Numbered from the stretch's first letter, positions 17,983-27,935 are shown. The stretch is DNA of 32,000 nucleotides from Sinorhizobium meliloti (GCF_017876815.1 NZ_JAGIOS010000003.1:210001-242000); one strand, 5' to 3'. Translations and numbers: made by a program. Notes: generated from the sequence alone by a model not told the origin.

Positions 17983-19287
17983 ATGCTTGCGGCGGCTCTC
18001 GTTCTCGGACTTTGCGCCACGGCCAGCGCCGACGACGTGCTTTTCGAGAACGTCCGCATCTTTGACGGAAAAGGTGCGGTTCTTTCGGCGCCGTCGAATG
18101 TTCTGGTCAAGGGCAATGTGATTGCGGCGATTTCGACAAGCCCAATCGAGGGGGAAGGCGCTGAGCGAATTGCCGGCGACGGGCGAACCCTGATGCCGGG
18201 CCTGATCGATGCGCACTGGCATGCCATGTTGGCCGCGTCCAGCCCGGCGGAAGCAATGGGCGACGTCAGCTTCGCAAGCATCCTGGCCGGCGAGGAGGCG
18301 ACGGATACCCTGATGCGCGGGTTCACTACTGTCCGCGACTTGGGGGGACCGGCGTTCGGCCTCAAGCGAGCGATCGACCAAGGCATCATCCCTGGACCGC
18401 GCATCTATGCATCCGGTGCCATGATCACAGTCACCAGCGGGCATGGCGATTTCCGCCAGCTCACCGACTTGCCGCGGAGAACCGGCGGTCTGCTCACCCC
18501 CATGGAGACGGTCGGGGGTGCGATGGTCGTCGACAGCCCGGACGAGGTGCGGTTGCGCGTCCGCGAACAGTTCATGCAGGGAGCCGTTCTGATCAAGCTA
18601 ACGGCGGGCGGCGGGGTGTCCTCACCCTTCAGCCCGCTCGATGTCACCACCTTCACCGAGCCCGAACTGCGGGCCGCCGTTGAAATTGCCGAGAATTGGG
18701 GCACCTACGTTGCCGCGCATGCCTTCACCTCTGATGCGATACGGAAAGCCATCGCGGCTGGTGTGAAGTGCATCGAACACGGCTTCCTCATGGATGAGGC
18801 CACCGCCAGGCTGATCGCTGAAAATGACATTTGGCTGAGCTTGCAGCCGCTTCCCGAATTGATGAGGACAGGCCTCCGGGACGGTTCGGTCGAGCGCGCC
18901 AAGGCAGATGAGGTATGGCCGGGCATCGGCAGAACATACGAACTAGCAAAGAGGTACAAGATCAAGACCGCGTGGGGCACGGACGTCCTGTTCTCCCGCG
19001 CGCTGGCGAAGCAGCAGGGAGCAATACTGGCTTCGCTCGTGCGTTGGTACACGCCTGCCGAAGCGCTCGTCATGGCGACAGCGACCAATGCCGAACTGCT
19101 GGCGCTTTCGGGCCAACGCAACCCCTATCCGGGAAAGCTGGGCGTCATCGAAGAAGACGCTCTCGCGGACCTCCTCCTCGTCGAAGGCAATCCGCTGGAG
19201 AATATCGACCTGGTGGCCGATCCTGCCAACAGCTTCAAAATCATCATGAAGGACGGCGTGATCTACAAAAACACACTCACCCCGTGA
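17983..19287 (+). CDS. Amidohydrolase-family metallohydrolase, exported
   Basis: ATG at 17983 gives signal peptide MLAAALVLGLCATASA. Motifs: ENVRIFDG…VLVKGNVI, PGLIDAHWH (metal-binding HxH), AAHAF, IEHG, WGTD. Confidence 0.85.
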   Translation: MLAAALVLGLCATASADDVLFENVRIFDGKGAVLSAPSNVLVKGNVIAAISTSPIEGEGAERIAGDGRTLMPGLIDAHWHAMLAASSPAEAMGDVSFASILAGEEATDTLMRGFTTVRDLGGPAFGLKRAIDQGIIPGPRIYASGAMITVTSGHGDFRQLTDLPRRTGGLLTPMETVGGAMVVDSPDEVRLRVREQFMQGAVLIKLTAGGGVSSPFSPLDVTTFTEPELRAAVEIAENWGTYVAAHAFTSDAIRKAIAAGVKCIEHGFLMDEATARLIAENDIWLSLQPLPELMRTGLRDGSVERAKADEVWPGIGRTYELAKRYKIKTAWGTDVLFSRALAKQQGAILASLVRWYTPAEALVMATATNAELLALSGQRNPYPGKLGVIEEDALADLLLVEGNPLENIDLVADPANSFKIIMKDGVIYKNTLTP

Positions 19288-19371
19288 GGAACGACTGCCT
19301 GATGCCCCACCGAAGATTGCTGTCGTCGCATGCTACTGATGAACTGCGGAGATCCTCTGAGAGGTAGGTGC

Positions 19372-20430
19372 ATGCCCGCCGCAAGAATCAAGATAATTTA
19401 CATTACCCAAATTCTGATCGCGACTCTGCTCCTCCTCGCGATGCTCTCGATGGCAAGTTCGATATTCGCCCCCGTAGCTTTTGCGCTGTTTATCATCGCG
19501 CTTGTGTGGCCGACGCAGTGCCGCTTGCAGGCTATGCTCCCTCGCTACTTGGCGCTCATCATCAGCTTCCTCTTGGTCGTTCTCGCCATCGTCGCATTCG
19601 GCGGGCTCATAGCGTGGGCATTCGGGCACGTCGGCCGGTGGATCATCGCGGATGCTGCGCGTTTTCAGCAGCTCTACGACCAGGTTCGCCTCTGGCTCGA
19701 GGAACACGGCGTAGCGGTTGGCGTGCTTTGGTCGGAGAACTTCGGCGTTGGCTGGGTCTTGCATACCGTGCAGGCCGTCAGCGGCCGGCTTAACAGCACC
19801 TTCAGTTTCTGGCTGATCGCGCTCGTCTATGTCCTGCTCGGGTTGATGGAGATGGATGATTTCGGGCGCAGGATCGAGGCATTGCGAAACCGGACGGCAA
19901 GTGCACTGCTTCTTCGTGGCAGCCAACAAACCGCCATGAAGATTCGGCGCTACATGATGATCAGGACGGTGATGAGTGTCGTCACAGGTCTTCTGGTTTG
20001 GATTTTCACCCGCGCTGTCGGGCTGTCTCTCGCCGAGGAGTGGGGCTTCATTGCGTTCGCTCTCAACTACATCCCCTTTCTTGGGCCACTTCTGGCCACC
20101 TTGTTCCCGACGCTCTTTGCTCTTATTCAGTTCGGGACTGTGGAGACCGTCTTGATTGTCTTTACGGGCTTGAACCTCATTCAGTTCGTTGTGAGCAGTT
20201 ACATCGAGCCACGAGCCTCAGGCAGCGCGCTGTCAATGTCTCCTGTCATGGTCCTGTTTTCCGTTTTTTTATGGGGCTACCTCTGGGGGATATTCGGCGC
20301 CTTCATCGGCGTGCCGATAACGATCGCGTTGCTGACTTTCTGCAACCAGCATCCGTCCAGCAAGTGGCTTTCGGAATTGTTCGGTCTGGAGATGGCAGCC
20401 GATCAGGTCGCTTCGACGCCCAGCGGATAA
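19372..20430 (+). CDS. AI-2E family transporter (PerM/UPF0118)
   Basis: Polytopic membrane ORF with the family-typical C-terminal region YIEPRASGSALSMSPVMVLFSVFLWGYLWGIFGAFIGVPITIALL. ATG at 19372 follows AGGTAGG. Confidence 0.8.
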   Translation: MPAARIKIIYITQILIATLLLLAMLSMASSIFAPVAFALFIIALVWPTQCRLQAMLPRYLALIISFLLVVLAIVAFGGLIAWAFGHVGRWIIADAARFQQLYDQVRLWLEEHGVAVGVLWSENFGVGWVLHTVQAVSGRLNSTFSFWLIALVYVLLGLMEMDDFGRRIEALRNRTASALLLRGSQQTAMKIRRYMMIRTVMSVVTGLLVWIFTRAVGLSLAEEWGFIAFALNYIPFLGPLLATLFPTLFALIQFGTVETVLIVFTGLNLIQFVVSSYIEPRASGSALSMSPVMVLFSVFLWGYLWGIFGAFIGVPITIALLTFCNQHPSSKWLSELFGLEMAADQVASTPSG

Positions 20431-20490
20431 TGCGGTGGTCATCGTCGGCCATCGCGGCTATGTGGGTCAAGCGCTCACGACGGCGCCGAC

Positions 20491-21141
20491 TCAGTCCCGG
20501 AAGTCAGGCGGGTGGCCATGCCGGATTGTTTCCACCTTTGTCCGGCCGGGAAAAAAAGCGAATCTCAGCCAAGCCAGGCCATGCGCCAGGAAATCGACCC
20601 CCAGCAAGAGCGCAAGGAGCCAAAGACCCATCTTCGGGAACTCGGCCAGTACGACAAGTCCCGCTGCGGCGCCGAAGGCTCCCGACAGCATCATGGGCCA
20701 TCCTGCCTCACGCCAGTGGCTAACACTAAGCAAGATTCTCACGACCCCTGAGAGGATGAACAGCAGGCCGATCGTGTAGGTTTGCAAGAGCTCTTGTGTA
20801 CGCACCGAGCGGGCCACAATGTTCGTGAGCACCTCCATCAAGCTCGAGCCGGCGACGTCGGTGAGCATCAAGCCCAGGGCGATATATAAAGATCCGAGCA
20901 GCGTTTGCCATGACAGGCCACCCCACCGTCTGGCCCAGAAGGCATATACGATTTCGAATACGCCCACCAAGATGGCAGCGGTTCCGACGAAGACGGGAGT
21001 AACGACTGATGCAAACGCCACATCCGTCAGGACGACCAGCCCCGCCAGAAGCATGACGCCGCCAAGCACCACCCGAACCGAAGGCGGGGGGGCGCTCGGG
21101 TCGCCACCTGCATTGACCGGCATGGTGTCGTAAGATGCCAT
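20491..21141 (-). CDS. hdeD: HdeD/DUF308-family acid-resistance membrane protein
   Basis: ATG at 21141 follows GAGGAAG. Six hydrophobic helices with a repeated DUF308 pattern (…LLAGLVVL…, ILVGVFEIVYAF…, WQTLLGSLYIALGLML…, LFILSGVVRILL…, MLSGAFGAAAGLVVL…, LLLGVDFLAHGLAWL). Confidence 0.75.
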   Translation of the reverse strand: MASYDTMPVNAGGDPSAPPPSVRVVLGGVMLLAGLVVLTDVAFASVVTPVFVGTAAILVGVFEIVYAFWARRWGGLSWQTLLGSLYIALGLMLTDVAGSSLMEVLTNIVARSVRTQELLQTYTIGLLFILSGVVRILLSVSHWREAGWPMMLSGAFGAAAGLVVLAEFPKMGLWLLALLLGVDFLAHGLAWLRFAFFPGRTKVETIRHGHPPDFRD

Positions 21142-21295
21142 GGCTTCCTCGTCACTCCGGCTGCTCGTTGCGCTACTATGCTCCGAGAAGCGGCGCGCTC
21201 GTCGGCAACAATCTCCAACGGTGCCGACGCATCGATCCGCGGGCGAACAGACCGTCTCTATGGGCCTTGCGCCTGCAGCCCGGCGGCAAATCGCA

Positions 21296-21532
21296 CTATC
21301 GCCGCTCATTTCGGCGAAGGACGTGGCCCACGATGAAAGCTATGCCGATGAGCAGAAGGATTACTCCTGCCAATCCGATTCCAAACGAGCCATATCGGTA
21401 GCCGGACGCCGCGACGAGGAAACCAATAATGATACTCCCGAAGCCGATTAGCTTCATTTTCATCAGGTTGAAGTTTTCGCCGTATCCTGCCATGTGAACA
21501 TCCAATTTCTGCGCGTCCGGTTCGGTTGTCAC
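21296..21532 (-). CDS. Small hypothetical membrane protein (78 aa, two TM helices)
   Basis: The ORF starts 15 nt downstream of the DUF1269 stop. Two hydrophobic helices (LIGFGSIIIGFLVAASG, GIGLAGVILLLIGIAFIVG) and a basic C-terminus. No family recognised. Confidence 0.5.
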   Translation of the reverse strand: MTTEPDAQKLDVHMAGYGENFNLMKMKLIGFGSIIIGFLVAASGYRYGSFGIGLAGVILLLIGIAFIVGHVLRRNERR

Positions 21533-21547
21533 CAGCGCGAACGGCGT

Positions 21548-22042
21548 CTAAGCGACGCTCGCTTTCTGCAAGGCCTCCCGCAGTAGTTGCTCCTTGCTTT
21601 CATCCAGAGAGGTTCTCAGTATGGTGCCGCCAAACGGCGATATATCCTTCAGAACCTTGTCCTCAGTCATCTCCTTCACCAGCACAAACAGCGCCGCATT
21701 GCCGGGCTGAAGGCCCCTGGCCAGTTCCTTCATGAAGTCGTCGTTGATGCCCACATCGCTCAGCGCGCCGCCGATCGCTCCGGACGCCGCACCTACGGCC
21801 ACCCCGATCAGCGGGTTGAGAAACAGCACACCGACGAGCAATCCCCAGAAGCTTCCTGAAGCGGCACCTGCCGCAGTTAGGTTCATCAGTTGATTCAACT
21901 TGATCTTGCCCGCGTCAGTCTTTGTCGCGATCACGGCGTCGCCCAACGTGAGCAAGTATTCTTTCTGCAGCTCAATCAGGCGCTTTCGGACTTCTTCGGC
22001 TTTGTCTTCACTGGGATAAATAATGGCAATCAGGCTGGACAT
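21548..22042 (-). CDS. DUF1269-family membrane protein (general-stress type)
   Basis: ATG at 22042 follows GGGAG. MSSLIAIIYPSEDKAEEVRKRLIELQKEYLLTLGDAVIATK…, a Gly-rich helix pair (AAGAASGSFWGLLVGVLF…IGVAVGAASGAIGGAL) and a C-terminal GNAALFVLV motif typical of DUF1269. Confidence 0.75.
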   Translation of the reverse strand: MSSLIAIIYPSEDKAEEVRKRLIELQKEYLLTLGDAVIATKTDAGKIKLNQLMNLTAAGAASGSFWGLLVGVLFLNPLIGVAVGAASGAIGGALSDVGINDDFMKELARGLQPGNAALFVLVKEMTEDKVLKDISPFGGTILRTSLDESKEQLLREALQKASVA

Positions 22043-22210
22043 GACTAACTCCCATTTACTTGAGTTGCGAAGTTCTCGATGCGTCACGGTGATGACGAGT
22101 TTCCGGTTGGCGCAACCTGGCGCGCACCCTGAAAGCCCAAATATGACGATCCCGCGCAGGCACTCACCGCCTTCCGGCATGAGGTTGCGGCGAGCGCCAG
22201 GCGGTCGGCT

Positions 22211-22501
22211 TTACCGGCACCTTGCGATGATGATTGTGCCGTCCGGCTGTCTGTATCTGCAGTTGCCACGGTTGTAAGACGGGGTTGTTGCAGTCCCGAC
22301 CGCGGCCCCGACCAGAGCTCCGCCAGCCGCACCGGCGACGGTGCTCGTTGTGTTCCCTCCAATCAACTGGCCCGCCACCGCGCCTGTTCCGGCGCCTATC
22401 AGAGCTCCGCCCAGGCCGCGTTGGTTCTGTTCGGTGGCGCACCCACCGGCAATCGCGGCCACAGCGGCAAGCGTGAGAGGGAGTATTGTTCTTCGTGCCA
22501 T
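22211..22501 (-). CDS. Glycine-zipper lipoprotein (17-kDa surface antigen / Gly-zipper family)
   Basis: ATG follows AAGGAGA. Lipoprotein signal MARRTILPLTLAAVAAIAGGC, then Gly-zipper GGALIGAGTGAVAGQLIGG…AGAAGGALVGAAVG. Confidence 0.75.
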   Translation of the reverse strand: MARRTILPLTLAAVAAIAGGCATEQNQRGLGGALIGAGTGAVAGQLIGGNTTSTVAGAAGGALVGAAVGTATTPSYNRGNCRYRQPDGTIIIARCR

Positions 22502-22609
22502 GGCATTTCTCCTTTGTGAGAGCGGCCACTCTCTGCAAGATCGGGCTTAGAGATCAGGCGATTTAGGGCAGGGCTACAGTCGCTCTGGGCCAGAAACTGC
22601 CGATCTTGG

Positions 22610-23869
22610 TCAATAGTCCACAGCATCACGAATAATTGGGCAGGTCATGCAATGGCCACCGCCGCGTCCGCGACCGAGTTCGCCGCCCGTGATGGTGATC
22701 ACTTCAACGCCCGCTTTGCGTAGAAGCGTATTGGTGTAGGTGTTTCGGTCGTAGGCCAGCACCACGCCGGGAGACAGGCAGACGAGATTTGCGCCGCTAT
22801 CCCATTGCGTGCGTTCGCGCACATAGGCGTTCCCGCCGGTCTCGACCACGCGCATTTCCTTGAGGCCCAGGGCGTCCCGCACAGTTTCGACAAACGAGCC
22901 ACGTTCCTTGTGGAGCTCGAGGGAGCCCGGCTTCTCACCGGGTCTGTAGGAGAATGCCTCGATTTCGTTGACAATGTCGGGGTAGATAAGCACGCAGTCG
23001 CGGTCGGCGAATGTGAACACCGTGTCTAGGTGCATGGCCGCACGTAATTTTGGCATCGCGGCGACGATCACGCGCTGCGCAGCGCCTTTTTCGAACAGGG
23101 TTGCGGCAAGCTGGCCGATCGCTTGCCGCGACGTTCGCTCACTCATGCCGATCAACACGTTGCCTTTGCCGATCGGCATGACGTCGCCGCCCTCAAGTGT
23201 GGCGAGCCCCCAGTCCATGGTCGGGTCGCCCCACCAGACATTGACCTTGCCGGCGAAATCCGGGTGGAACTTGTAGATGGCGGTGGCGAGGATGGTCTCC
23301 TCGTGGCGCGCCGGCCAATAAAGCGGGTTGAGCGTCACCCCGCCGTAAATCCAGCAGGTGGTATCACGCGTATAGAGCGTGTTGGGCAGCGGCGGCAGGA
23401 GATACTCTGCGGCCCCAGCAGCGTCCCGGATCAGTTCCAACATTTCGCCGCCGTGAGCCTCGGGAAATTCATGGGTCGATAGTCCGCCTATCAGGGTCTC
23501 CGCAAGCTCACGGTCGGGCAGCCCGTCGAGGTAGCTGCGGATCTCGTCTACGAGCTCAAGCCCGACCTGATTAGGCACGACCTGGTTATCGAGAATCCAC
23601 TTCCTCGCATCAGGAATTGCCACGGTCTGGGCTAGCAGGTTGTGCATCTCGACAACCTCGACGCCGCGGTCGCGCATCTTGGTCATGAAGTCGAAATGAT
23701 CGCGCCGGGCGTTGTCGACCCAGAGGACGTCGTCAAACAGGAGGGCGTCACAATTGCTCGGCGTGAGCCGTTGATGAGCACGCCCCGGCGCGCAGACCAT
23801 GACCTTGCGTAACTGGCCAACCTCGGAATGTACACCCAAAGTGTGCTGGGTCGAGCTTTCAGAGGACAT
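22610..23869 (-). CDS. arcA: Arginine deiminase (EC 3.5.3.6)
   Basis: 419-aa ORF. N-terminus [19 protein letters not shown], internal motifs typical of ArcA, and C-terminal catalytic Cys region [24 protein letters not shown] upstream. Starts 15 nt after the arcD stop. Confidence 0.95.
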   Translation of the reverse strand: MSSESSTQHTLGVHSEVGQLRKVMVCAPGRAHQRLTPSNCDALLFDDVLWVDNARRDHFDFMTKMRDRGVEVVEMHNLLAQTVAIPDARKWILDNQVVPNQVGLELVDEIRSYLDGLPDRELAETLIGGLSTHEFPEAHGGEMLELIRDAAGAAEYLLPPLPNTLYTRDTTCWIYGGVTLNPLYWPARHEETILATAIYKFHPDFAGKVNVWWGDPTMDWGLATLEGGDVMPIGKGNVLIGMSERTSRQAIGQLAATLFEKGAAQRVIVAAMPKLRAAMHLDTVFTFADRDCVLIYPDIVNEIEAFSYRPGEKPGSLELHKERGSFVETVRDALGLKEMRVVETGGNAYVRERTQWDSGANLVCLSPGVVLAYDRNTYTNTLLRKAGVEVITITGGELGRGRGGGHCMTCPIIRDAVDY

Positions 23870-23884
23870 GGCACATCTCCTTTT

Positions 23885-25306
23885 TCAGATCGTCAGGTAG
23901 CCGGTGGACAAGCCGATGATCGCCGCGATGCAGCCGATGGCTGCAGTCGCGAAAATCAGCCAGTCGATGGATGTGTTGAAAACCCGCTTGCCCCGCTCGC
24001 GCCTGGCCCAGAAATAGAGGATCGTGCCAGGGGCATACAGAAGAGCCGACAGCAGGACGAACTTGATGCCGCCCGCGACAATCATGAAAAATGTGTAGGC
24101 GGCGGCGATGCTGGCAATGATCAGGTCGCGGGTGCGTTCACGCGGCCGGACCTCGTAAGTCTCGGCGCGTTGAGCCAGCATGAACCCGAAGGCAGCCACG
24201 AACATGTAGGGAATCAGCGACATTGCGCTCGTCAAGTTCAGCATCAGCGCGAACGCGTCCTGCGACCAGTAGGTGCTAATGACGAACAGTTGGACGACGA
24301 TGTTTGTAAGCCATAGCGCGGCTGCGGGCACCTTGTTTTGATTCTCAGTGCCGAAAAGCCGGGGCATGTCGTCCGTGCGCGCGGCCACGTAGAGCACTTC
24401 CGCGCACACCAACGACCAGGCGAGATAGGCACCAAGCACCGAGACGATCACCCCGATGCTGATGAAAACCGCACCCCAGGGGCCGACGACGGCAGCAAGC
24501 ACTCCGGCCATCGAAGGCTGGCTCATGGCGGCGATCTCGGGGCGCGTCAGGGCCGCATAGGGCAGCAGCGTGACCAGAACCATCAGCGCACTGACGCCTA
24601 TGAAGCCCATGATCGTGGCCGTTCCGATATCGGAGCGCGCCTGCGCATAGCGCGAATAGTTGCTCGCGCCTTCGATGCCGATGAAGACGAAGACCGTCGC
24701 CAGCATTGTCGCCTGGATTTGTTGGAGGAGGGTTGCCTGCGGCATCCCCTCGCCACCCCAGAAGTTGAGCCGGAACAGGTCGAGCTTGAAGAAGAAGAAC
24801 AGGATGATGATGAAGGCAATAATCGGGATGACCTTCGCGACGGTCACGACGGTGTTGACAAAGGCGGCCTGCTGAATGCCTCTCAAGATCATGAAGTGGA
24901 AGAGCCAGATGCCGACCGAAGCGACGAGAATAGCGACGACAGTATTGCCGTCGCCGAAGACTGGAAAAAAATTGCCAAGCGTCGACTTGATCAGCACCCA
25001 ATATGACACGTTGCCGATGCAACTGCCGATCCAGTAGCCGAAGGCGGATAGGAAGCCTGGATAGTCGCCAAACCCTTCTTTGGCATAGGCGAAAACGCCG
25101 GCGTCAAGATCGGGTTTGCGCTCCGCCAGCGATTGGAAGACGCGCGCCAGCATGTACATGCCGCCCCCTGCAATGCACCAGGCGATGATTGCGCCAAACG
25201 GCCCTGTTGCGACGCCGAATGTCCGCGGGAGCGAGAAGATGCCTGCGCCGACCATGGAACCGACGACCATGCCAGTCAGAGCAAACAGGGAAAGCTTCTG
25301 CGCCAT
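23885..25306 (-). CDS. arcD: Arginine/ornithine antiporter (APC superfamily, APA family), copy 1
   Basis: 473-aa polytopic ORF. MAQKLSLFALTGMVVGSMVGAGIFSLPRTFG…, FGDGNT, HFMILRGI, FIGIEGAS, QPSMAG. Collinear with my recollection of Pseudomonas ArcD, and immediately upstream of arcA. Confidence 0.9.
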   Translation of the reverse strand: MAQKLSLFALTGMVVGSMVGAGIFSLPRTFGVATGPFGAIIAWCIAGGGMYMLARVFQSLAERKPDLDAGVFAYAKEGFGDYPGFLSAFGYWIGSCIGNVSYWVLIKSTLGNFFPVFGDGNTVVAILVASVGIWLFHFMILRGIQQAAFVNTVVTVAKVIPIIAFIIILFFFFKLDLFRLNFWGGEGMPQATLLQQIQATMLATVFVFIGIEGASNYSRYAQARSDIGTATIMGFIGVSALMVLVTLLPYAALTRPEIAAMSQPSMAGVLAAVVGPWGAVFISIGVIVSVLGAYLAWSLVCAEVLYVAARTDDMPRLFGTENQNKVPAAALWLTNIVVQLFVISTYWSQDAFALMLNLTSAMSLIPYMFVAAFGFMLAQRAETYEVRPRERTRDLIIASIAAAYTFFMIVAGGIKFVLLSALLYAPGTILYFWARRERGKRVFNTSIDWLIFATAAIGCIAAIIGLSTGYLTI

Positions 25307-25723
25307 CGCTTTACTCCCGGATTCGCCAATGAAAGCGGCGTCTGCGGAGGTGCGGACGCGCGAACAACTCTGTAGATCGCTTGTTCAGCCAGGTGAAATT
25401 ACGGATATCTCAAGCCGGCGTGGTATTTTGAAGCTGCTATCTGCTTCTGGCGCCACTTCTGTAGCATACTTGGATTAATCACAATGTTAACGTGTAATAC
25501 TCAAATTGCAAGAGCGAATCGATTTGCTGACGAAAAGCCTGACGCAAACACGTGTCAGCTACAGCGCCGCGCGTGTCTTTCATAAGGGTAAGGGACACTT
25601 AACGTTTTGCATTACTGCATTTTTTCTCAAGTCGGCGCCGATTCAAGGAACATGCGGGAAGGCCAGCGGAGTGTCTATGAGCTGACGGATCGGCGAGGCC
25701 TAGATCGCCCCGATCTGTGAAAT

Positions 25724-27151
25724 CTATATAGTGATGGAGCCGGTCACGAGACCGTAGATGCCGACTAGGCATCCGACCACTACAGCTATGAAGACGAGCC
25801 ATTCCCGAGGGCTGAAGAGCGGCTTCTTCTGTTCGCGTCTTGCATAGAGGAACAGGGCCGTTCCAAGCGCGTAGAGAATGGCGGAAAGCAGGAGGAACTT
25901 CAGGCCGCCGGCATAAATCATAAAGGCCGTGTAGACCGTGCCGGCGCCTGCCAAGATCTGATCGCGGAACCGTTCCTTCGGTCTGATGTTGTAGGTCTCC
26001 CCGCGCTTGGCGACAAGAAATCCATAGGCTGCCACTAGCAGGTATGGAATCAGCACCATTGCACTCGTCAGGTTTACCATCAAGCGAAACGCATCTTCCG
26101 AGAACAGGGTGCTAATGAGGAAGAGCTGGATCACTCCATTGCTCAGCCAAAGAGCCGCAGCCGGAACGCTGTTGCTGTTCTCCCTGGCGAGTACGCTCGG
26201 CATGTCTCCGTTTTTGGCGGCGCAGAAGAGCACTTCGACGCAGATCAGCGACCATGCCAGATACGCTCCGAGCACGGAAACGATCAAACCGGCACTGACA
26301 AAGACGGAGCCCCACGGCCCGACGATGGATTCCAGAACGGAAGCCATCGAGGGTTGCCGCATGCCCGCGATTTCGGGTCGCTCTAGGGCCCCGTAGGGTA
26401 GCAGCGTTACCAACACCATCAGTCCCAGCACGACTACGAAGCCCAGTGTGGTGGCCACGCCCACATCGGAACGTTTGCGCGCGTAGCGCGAATAGACGCT
26501 CGCGCCCTCTACGCCGATGAACACAAAAACGGTGACCAGCATGGTGGCACGTATCTGCTCGAAAAGGCTCGCCTCGGGCGTGTCCGCGCCGCCCCAAAAA
26601 TTGCTGCGAAAGAGATCGGTCTCGAACGCGCCGAGCAGGATGACTATGAAGATCAGGATGGGCACGATCTTTGCCACGGTGACGACGGTGTTGATGGCCG
26701 CTGCCTCTTTGATCCCTCGCAAGATCATGAAGTGGAAGCCCCACAGCGCGACCGAGGAGACAAGCACAGCGGCGATCGTGTTGCCGTCTCCGAAGATCGG
26801 GAAGAAGGCCCCGAGGGTGGCCTTGATCAACACCCAGTACGACACATCGGCAATACAGCCGACCAGCCAATAGCCGAGAACCGAAAGGAAGCCGGCATAG
26901 TCGCCGAAGCCGGCGCTCGCATACGCGTAGACGCCTGCATCGAGATCCGACTTGCGTTCCGCGAGCACCCTGAACACGTGAGCCAGAGTGAAGATGCCTG
27001 CCCCTGCGATGCACCAGGCCACGATAGCACCGAACGGACCAGTCGCATCGCCGAAGGTGCGGGGCAGCGAAAATATGCCCGCTCCCACCATGGAGCCGAC
27101 GACGAGCGCGGCCAGCGACGTGAGCGAAAGTTTCTGAGCAGTGCTGGTCAC
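25724..27151 (-). CDS. arcD: Arginine/ornithine antiporter paralog, copy 2
   Basis: 475-aa ORF collinear with copy 1, roughly two-thirds to three-quarters identical by eye, with the same motifs (VGSMVGAGIFSLPRTFG, FGDGNT, HFMILRGI, FIGVEGAS, QPSMAS). Confidence 0.9.
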   Translation of the reverse strand: MTSTAQKLSLTSLAALVVGSMVGAGIFSLPRTFGDATGPFGAIVAWCIAGAGIFTLAHVFRVLAERKSDLDAGVYAYASAGFGDYAGFLSVLGYWLVGCIADVSYWVLIKATLGAFFPIFGDGNTIAAVLVSSVALWGFHFMILRGIKEAAAINTVVTVAKIVPILIFIVILLGAFETDLFRSNFWGGADTPEASLFEQIRATMLVTVFVFIGVEGASVYSRYARKRSDVGVATTLGFVVVLGLMVLVTLLPYGALERPEIAGMRQPSMASVLESIVGPWGSVFVSAGLIVSVLGAYLAWSLICVEVLFCAAKNGDMPSVLARENSNSVPAAALWLSNGVIQLFLISTLFSEDAFRLMVNLTSAMVLIPYLLVAAYGFLVAKRGETYNIRPKERFRDQILAGAGTVYTAFMIYAGGLKFLLLSAILYALGTALFLYARREQKKPLFSPREWLVFIAVVVGCLVGIYGLVTGSITI

Positions 27152-27455
27152 GCGGCCTCCGATTGCGCACGGTTGCCTGATTGAACGAAAAGCACGTACC
27201 GATGAGCCGCCCCTAGGTGGGAGGGCCGAAAGGTTGTACCTTTTGCTTCAAAACTTCAAGCTGTAAAATCCCAGGGGACCAGACCAGAGCTAGTTGTGTT
27301 AATTTGCGTGTCGCCAGCGCCCCCAGAACTGTGGGGAACGGTTTCCACCGGCTTGAAGAGCCGTCGAGCTGCCGCTGTCGGGGAGAGCGTTTGAACGGGA
27401 AGCGCCCCTCCAAATGAGAGTGCCCCGGACCCGCTGCAGAAAGGCAGCAAGGCCA

Positions 27456-27935
27456 ATGATCTCGTTTTTCTTGGGCATCCGCTACATCATGATCCTCGCG
27501 TCCATCGGGGTCCTGGGCGGTGCGCTGCTGATGTTTCTTGAAGGCGCGCTTCTTTTGCGCAACGCCTTCACCTTCGTCAGAACAGAGCCGGAGCTTTCGG
27601 TGACCGCTGCCGTCTTGCGTGCGACGGACAAGTTTCTTTTCGGCATCGTACTCACCATTTTCGGCTATGCGATCACGTTCGGTTTCGTCATCGACGTCTC
27701 GGACGAGGTCCGTAAGAGGGTGCCGCGATGGATGATCCTCAACACCGTCGCGGAAATGAAGATCCTCTTCATCGAGGTGATCATCCTTTATCTCGTCGTT
27801 CATTTCGCGACCGTCGTGGCAGAGACTGAGGGGATGCTGGACTGGAACGGTCTCGTGCTGCCGGGAGCGGCACTTCTCCTGGCTGCGGCGATGAAGCTTG
27901 TTGCCAGTTCGACGCATGATTTGGGTCCGAAATAG
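27456..27935 (+). CDS. YqhA/UPF0114-like membrane protein
   Basis: ATG at 27456 gives MISFFLGIRYIMILASIGVLGGALLMFLEG…. About 160 aa with 4 predicted helices. The family assignment rests on overall architecture only. Confidence 0.5.
   Translation: MISFFLGIRYIMILASIGVLGGALLMFLEGALLLRNAFTFVRTEPELSVTAAVLRATDKFLFGIVLTIFGYAITFGFVIDVSDEVRKRVPRWMILNTVAEMKILFIEVIILYLVVHFATVVAETEGMLDWNGLVLPGAALLLAAAMKLVASSTHDLGPK

Noticed and set aside
22079-22104. EcfG-type general-stress promoter candidate upstream of the DUF1269 gene: minus strand GGAAA-N16-CGCAT, compared with the consensus GGAAC-N16/17-CGTT.
   Set aside because: It has one mismatch in the -35 element and two of four in the -10 element. This is too weak to call without a position-weight matrix or transcript mapping, and no comparable motif was found upstream of the lipoprotein or hdeD genes.
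25470-25484. Fnr/Anr/FixK-like box TTGGATTAATCACAA upstream of arcD-arcA.
   Set aside because: Aligned to TTGAT-N4-ATCAA or TTGA-N6-TCAA, it matches only one half-site reasonably well. It is not convincing as an anaerobox.
26112-27170. 352-aa ORF on the same strand as arcD copy 2 but in another frame. 24345..25022 is the equivalent within arcD copy 1.
   Set aside because: It is an Arg/Gly/His-rich nonsense-like translation that overlaps a well-supported polytopic transporter frame. It is an off-frame artefact.
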